Shown here one piece after another: positions 58,015 through 64,000 of a stretch of 64,000 nucleotides of DNA. The stretch is from NCBI GenBank assembly GCA_965645245.1, contig OZ287074.1, positions 1,798,001-1,862,000 of the forward strand. Reading direction: 5' to 3'. Source of the DNA: Massalongia carnosa (taxonomy: Eukaryota). Made by a program: the position numbers and the translations under genes. The notes beneath the pieces were generated by a model, which was not told where the DNA came from, searched no databases, and saw only the letters and a program-made list of their open reading frames with translations. Position 1 is the first letter of the stretch. Every line of letters begins with the position of its first letter.

Positions 58015-60898
58015 TCAATAGTAAATCTTCTCCTTGTAGATTGGTGGCCGAGCCTTTTCGTGATTCCACAGCAAATTGTTCTTCTCGTCGAAACTGGCAT
58101 CCTCGTCCGTCATCGGTATCACCCTGCTGCTATGCCGACATTCCTGTCGGCTAATACCCATGGTGTCGCGGGGGATCCAGAGCAAGGGGGTCTGCGAGGA
58201 GATGGCGGGGTGATAGTAGGCATTGCGCTCAACAATGGGATCGTAGGTGATTTCTGCAAAGTCCCGCGGCACCAGCCGACGAAGCGTGTGGTAGTCGGTG
58301 AACTTATCAGGCTTGAGCCATTTAAGAATGAGGTTGGGCTTCTTATGCGGAGCCGGCGGAAGACCTTTGCCGGTTGTGGCAGGAGAATGGGTAAGGTCGG
58401 TGCTGTTGGTCGATATGGCAGCGATTTGGGCGCCATTCTTTGAATGACCGTCAAGCGGGTTGCCAGTTTCCAGAGCGAGTAAGGATTCCTCTTCCACCTG
58501 CAGGGACTTCGGGAGGTACAAGAGCAACGGCTCGATGGCGGCGTTCAGGGAAACATGGAACAAGATGATGAAGATGAAGAAGATCACCATTAGGATCAAG
58601 GGTCCTACAGCAGCCTTGATACCGAAAAGACCAATCAGGCACAGGATGGCAATGTAGGCTCCAGTCGTGGTTTGTTGCAAGGCGCGAGGATAGACCAGTC
58701 CTTTAGTGTCAATCTGAGCGTTGAAGACGAAGAGGAGATTGTACCGGTTGGCCAGGTACAACAGATAGAGCCCAATGGTAGCGAATCCCAAGACCAACGG
58801 CGCGATGATGGAATACGAAAGGGCTGGGGGAAGATTAGCAAAGGGTCGTCAAGCCTTCCTCACGGATACTTACTAATTACCAAGAGATTCGTATAGATAG
58901 GGAACACGGTGCCCCAACCCAAACTGCCGAGCGTGCTGAACCGGTTGTACATTTTTCTCGGTGTGTTGTCCAAAAGTTTCCCCAAAATCCGGAATATAAT
59001 CACCCCGACCACTTGCGCGATTGCGAAAGAGCTGAGGGTCAACCCTTGCACGATGATATAACTCAGGAAGAAATTGGCGGCATGAGGCAAGTTGGCGGCA
59101 AGGAGACTGGTGGCTTTGGACGGCTGGCTTGCAATCTGCGAGCCGACTGCCGACGCTGCTGACGTCACCGTGGTGACCAGGAAGACCTGAATGACCTGGA
59201 AGCAGAAGTAAAAGTTTTGGGTTCGAAGCTCAATGGCCGCTAGAGATGGAGCCCCTGATTTTTTGGCCACGAGCCGGAGAATAATGGGCAAGAGCGCCAT
59301 GAGCACGGCGAGCGCAACCGCGGGCAAAAGCCCCTGGATGACACCGAAGATGGAGGTCGGGATTTTTTGGAGCCAATGCAGCCACGAGTATTTCTTGCTT
59401 AGGGCGTCAATGTTGGAAATGATACCCACCAAACCCACGGGGATCGACCAGAAGATGATGAGCAAGGTCACAAACGTGAGCGCAAGGATGTTCCGAACCA
59501 CTCGGGACGTCCAGTTGATCTTCAGATTCTTCCAAATCACTTGCTCCGGATCGATCCCGATGAAGCGTGGCGACATGTGCAGGGCTTGGTGATGGGCCAG
59601 GCTTTGATATGCCGACTGGGCCTCGGTTTGGGTGTAGAATTCGACGAAGACGGAGCAGATGAACTTGCCTTCTCCGGCGCGATAGCTCGCTTGAAGCGCA
59701 TCGATTTCGGGAACGAGCCGCTCCAATTCAGATCGGCACCAATTGATGGTGTCGACCTTTTTGCCAATGATGGGCTTCAGACGATGAGTCGGCCTTTGCT
59801 TGGGTTGCAGCCAGCGAGAGGCCACCGACCCTGATTCGCCGTCTTCATCTCCATGGGCTTCCTCGGGAGCTGTGCCTTTTTTCATTGCCTTAAGACGCGC
59901 TGCGCCTGCAAGCTTGATCAACTTGGTCTCGGCTGCCTCCAGCTTAAATGCAACCTTGTCGCGTTCTTCCACCAACTCTTCGATTTTCTCGCAATCATTG
60001 GCGATCCATAGGTTTTTCACTTGCTTTCCAAAGGTACGACGTAGTTTCGCTTCATCCAGAAAATCTTCCGGGACGGACGTAAACAGTACAGTCCTTGACG
60101 AGATACGATTGGCGTACAAAGGGGAGAGCAGATAGGCTTGACGAAGGTTGATATAATAGATGCTCTCCCGAGCGATTGTGTAAAAGAGGAAAGCTGCGCA
60201 CGTACGTCAGTACCTTGATCGTCTCTCCATCGGCTCGGAAACCTACCGAAAAAGACCCATGCAACGGCGGTATGGGCGTAGTAACGATTCTTTTCGGACA
60301 CGTTACTCATACTCAGTAAATTTAGCTGCTGCTGCTGCCCATGGCTTGTGATGTTGACCGGGAATAGAACAGGCCATGTGATCAGGCAGCCCACGAAACA
60401 GATTGTCGTTGCGATCTTGAGATATCGCAGCAAGAGAAAGCCGTCAAGGGTGTGGTGATTCAGCACATAACTATCCGGGATCGCGGTGAAGGCGCTGATC
60501 CATTTGAACAGCCCGCTTGGAAGATCTGGCGAGCGTTCCCTGGGCGAGGATGATCAGTTTGGTAACGTTCCATTCGTTGGAGATCTTGCCATGACTCACT
60601 GTTCACGAAGGGAGCCCAGGTAGGTTCTTGGGGCGTAGTTCCTTCGGAGTTTGGTCCGCAATAAGAGGAATATCGTCAACATCACGCTAGCGACAAGGAG
60701 GACGGGGATCAACGTCGCGATGAGCCCTGAAAGCGACGGAGTAGTATCCTTTGCGGAACCAATATTCTTGTCATCGCTTTGCACCTAAAGCGCGGAGTTT
60801 CGTCAGACCACCGCGAGTTTGCTCATTGAGGCACCGAGAGCACTTACAGCTTGTCGGGGTTGGATCCCGTCAACGAAGGTTCGAAGCGGGGTGGCCAT
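58015..60898 (-). CDS. CSC1/OSCA/TMEM63 (DUF221, Rsn1/Phm7-like) calcium-permeable stress-gated channel
   Basis: ATG at 60898 (MATPLRTF). Motifs: RRNYAPRTYL, LDGFLLLRYLK, WPVLFPVN, SRTVLFTSVP, RPTHRL....GKKVDTINW, FCFQVIQVFLVTT, WGTVFP.YT.L, DTKGLVYPRALQ, AYYHPAI...P.LWIPRD.MG.S. There are several GT-AG introns. Confidence 0.93.
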
Positions 60899-61371
60899 GT
60901 TTGGCGGTCGCTCTCCCAGAGAGCACCTAATTGAACAAATATGCCGTACAGTTTCTGTGAAAGGGACAGGAAGAGGAAGGAGAAGAAGTAGAAGATTTGC
61001 AGATGATATTGAGGGAAGTATACAACCCTATACTCGACGGAAGGAGGATGGTCTGTTTTGTTGGAGATTTGTGGACCAGGATGGCAGGAGGGAATTCGAG
61101 ATACCAAGAATCTGACGCTCTGGGCGTCTCGTCGGGCGGAAGGATGAAAACGCTAAGGCCGCACCCAATGGATTTGGCCTTAATTTCCCTTTCGGGAGCA
61201 AATCGCAATCAAAAGGAGATTTTCTTTGTTCGCATCGGGGAATGTGATCACATGGGCTGCGAAGTGCACCGTTGTTGGGTCCTTGGTAAACGTTTATTCT
61301 GAGCGGCGATGCTCGCAGTCTTGTACATGTTTTTCGTGCTCTCTTCCTCGGAATTTGTCGACCACTTCCAC

Positions 61372-61425
61372 CAGGACAAAACAGTCCGCAGGACAAAACA
61401 GTCCGCAGGACAAAACAGTCCGCAG
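61372..61425. repeat. 3 x 17-bp perfect tandem repeat CAGGACAAAACAGTCCG upstream of the CSC1-like gene
   Basis: Copies start at 61372, 61389 and 61406. Confidence 0.9.
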
Positions 61426-63573
61426 TACGCGTTCACTGATGCAGAATACCACGTACAGGGTACTTTTCATCCTCTCGCCTGCGCCACAACGTTATCTCCC
61501 ACATCTCGTGGCTGGTGACTGGTCGGACGGGATCACAAACAAGGTGCTGACCCAGGTTTGTTGGGTGAGTGATGTCAGCTGAAGTTCCACGCTAGGTTGC
61601 CAAGCGCCTACGAGCGAAAAGGTAAAACGATTCAATCGGCAGGGATTCTTCAAATTAAAAACGTCGGTACAGGGATGCTCTGAGTGTTTGCCTCGGTATT
61701 GGTTGATTTAGGTGGTACATAAGTACGGACCCTGTAGCCTTTTGCTCGAATTGCCTTATAAACCTTGCACGAGTCTTATCTCAGTCCTCGCTCTCCACAT
61801 ACCAAAGGTCTAGAATACACAGTCTGCAGGATGCGAGCCACACTTGCCGCCACACGTGGCGCAGCAGGCGACTGCTCAGCTCCCTGCTCGCCCGACGGCA
61901 AAGGTGGAGAGTACTCTGTACACTGTCACGACTGTGTGGAGCCCTTATGGGGCCTTATGGCATGCCTACCCTGGCAAGTACTGTGTACAGAGTACGCTCT
62001 GTGTACCGAGTATACTTCGTACTCCGTAGAGTACTCGATAGGAGAAATACATAGTACACCGAGTGCAGCCAAATACCCTAACTATGTGGCTTCTCGCCTG
62101 AAAGCCCAGCCAGGAACACGTGTCTTCCTGCAGTCTGTGCAGCCTTTCTGCCTGAACTCAACTTCTTCCGCGGATTCTTCCTTTCTTGATGAGCATTGAT
62201 TCAACCGATCATGGTCGTACGTGGGTTCTTTGGCTCAGCCAATCACCATGTGTATCCGGTGTGCAGAGTACGGAATACTCATACTCCATGCGCCAGCGAC
62301 TGTACAACCGCGTTGCACGAGTCTCATAGCAACTCTCGTCATCCCCCCGAGGCCATCGTTCATGAGGGATTTTCCATGCTTTGAACAAGCTTGTCTCCAG
62401 TTTGGCGGAAACAACTGTTCTTCATGCTCATTCTCCAATCTCATGCTTCGTGCGTTGGAAACCAGAATGGATGGAAATTTAGCCGATCTGAGACATCTGC
62501 GTTGTTTCTTGGACGAGTTGCGGTGGGCGCTAAACTTGTGGCACAACTCACATCTTGATTATTCTTACTCTGTACGGAGACTATTGAGTTCTGAGACATT
62601 TCTAGCACAATTTTACCGAACAAGGCTCGAATCCCAACGAATGGCTCAGGCATGCATCATTTATTCAGATTTGTTTTTCAAATTTGCTGACTTCGCCCGT
62701 TCACCGTCCTCGTTGAGGCAATTGCTGTTTCGCTCGCGTTGTGTTGGACTCTATGCTTGTTTTATGATTGTTCCCTCATGATTTTGCATTTTTCTTTGAT
62801 TTTCTTTCTCTGGCAGATTCCAGCACAAGCGTTGTCCTGGTTCTTGGGAAGTTTCATCTCAAACCTTTTGCAATATGGCTGTGATAAAAGGAACACTAAA
62901 AGGGGCATCGCTAGTCGTTGATGGCCGTGTATTACGAGTATATTCATTTTGTGAAGAAACACCCAAGCTCAGTATCTAACAATCCGAAGCCTTTAAGCTA
63001 CAGTTTTTGCACTTCTTCCGGCCTTCCGCATGGTCTCCAGCTTGTCTTGGGAACTGCACCCGTAACTCTTCTAACAATACCGTGGTTCGTGCAATGGACT
63101 CCTTCAGCGAGAACCTCTGGTCCCAGCGTTCATTACAGAGCTTCTCGGCGACACTAGCTATGCCGAGAGCAACCTTCTCGGCTCTTGAAGAGCAGCATAA
63201 TTGTGGTGGCTACACAGTTGCGCCTGGATATCAATGTATTTATCCAACGTTAGCTTGCAACCATTTCGATGAAGATTTGATGTTTCGAACACTTCTTCAT
63301 CCCGAATCAATCCGAATAGAATTTCATCATCTGGCTCCTATCCCAAACCGATCGCCTGACGGACGAGAAGTGGACTTTGCAGTCGCAATTGAGCGAAGAC
63401 GTCAAAAGTGACTGACGTCATGAGTTTCGTCATGACTATGGCGTTTGGGTGGATACAGAACGTCTCTTTTCCTTGTGCTCCTAATCTCTTTTACATCTCA
63501 ACTTCCCTCGCACTTGAATAATCTTCAACTCCGTTGACTTCATCTCATTAGATCTCAATACGATAATATCATA

Positions 63574-64000
63574 ATGGCGCATTTGATTACAGGAAATAAA
63601 TTCGACCCCAACAAGGACATCCCTGATCTTACCGGCAAGGCAAGGCCTCCGTCTTGTCCTATGCCTCCACTAAATTGACGCCTCTCTAGGTTTACATAGT
63701 GACAGGGGGCACGGCCGGCATAGGGTTCGGCATAGTAGCCCACATCTTGCAGCATAAGGCTTCCAAGATCATCATACTATCTCAAAAAGAAGAACATGCT
63801 AGCGAAGCTGTAGAAGAATTGAAGAAATATGGAGACACGACCAAAGTGCACTGGATTCAAACCAACTTCAATGACCTGAAACAGACCGATAGCGTTGCGA
63901 AGCAACTCAAAGACGAACGACAGATTGACGGCGTGGGTTTGAAACCGCGCATCCCTTAGAAATGCATCCTAACCCTATAAGCTTATTCTCAATGCCGGCG
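63574..64000 (+). CDS. Short-chain dehydrogenase/reductase (retinol-dehydrogenase-like), 5' part only
   Basis: Exon 1 (63574-63639) reads MAHLITGNKFDPNKDIPDLTGK. A GC-AG intron follows at 63640-63689, then VYIVTGGTAGIG (TGxxxGxG). After a second intron at about 63933-63981 comes LILNAG. The gene runs off the window. Confidence 0.88.

Noticed and set aside
61765..63411. ORFs 61765-62199, 62221-62781 and 63007-63411
   Set aside because: Non-ATG starts, no motifs, and overlap with the motif-rich promoter region. A small real gene is not excluded.
1..64000. rRNA, tRNA, telomere arrays, a Starship captain recombinase or a secondary-metabolite cluster
   Set aside because: No recognisable sequence for any of these by eye. 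tRNAscan-SE/Infernal/HMMER were not run.

Overview
Eukaryotic DNA from a filamentous ascomycete (Pezizomycotina-type genes with short GT-AG introns and CTAAC/CTGAC-like branch sites). The host genes are two conserved hypothetical genes, a 4-TM membrane protein, a secreted GMC oxidoreductase with a Ser/Thr/Pro tail, a protein ending in a tandem RxPLGxI array, a stop-riddled pseudogene, IML1, a vacuolar Ca2+/H+ exchanger (VCX1-like), a RING-SNF2 helicase, a CSC1/OSCA channel and the 5' part of an SDR. Bases 25.9-51.3 kb hold seven transposons with delimited ends: a Fot1/pogo element with long TIRs, a CENP-B/Tigger-like element whose left TIR is split by a piggyBac-type element lacking a TTAA duplication, a MITE, a long-TIR DD34E Tc1 element carrying a second gene, and two young, intact Ty1/copia retrotransposons. 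The most notable signals are: (1) in copia-2, gag and pol are in frame, separated by one UGA followed by a stem-loop (candidate programmed readthrough); (2) the piggyBac-like element has an AT (or no) target duplication and CGC...GCG ends; (3) the Tc1 element carries a cargo gene; (4) the candidate D-box array. Recurrent single-base losses in homopolymers suggest assembly errors, so frameshift-based pseudogene calls need read-level checks. All family assignments come from motif recognition by eye; no database search was run.
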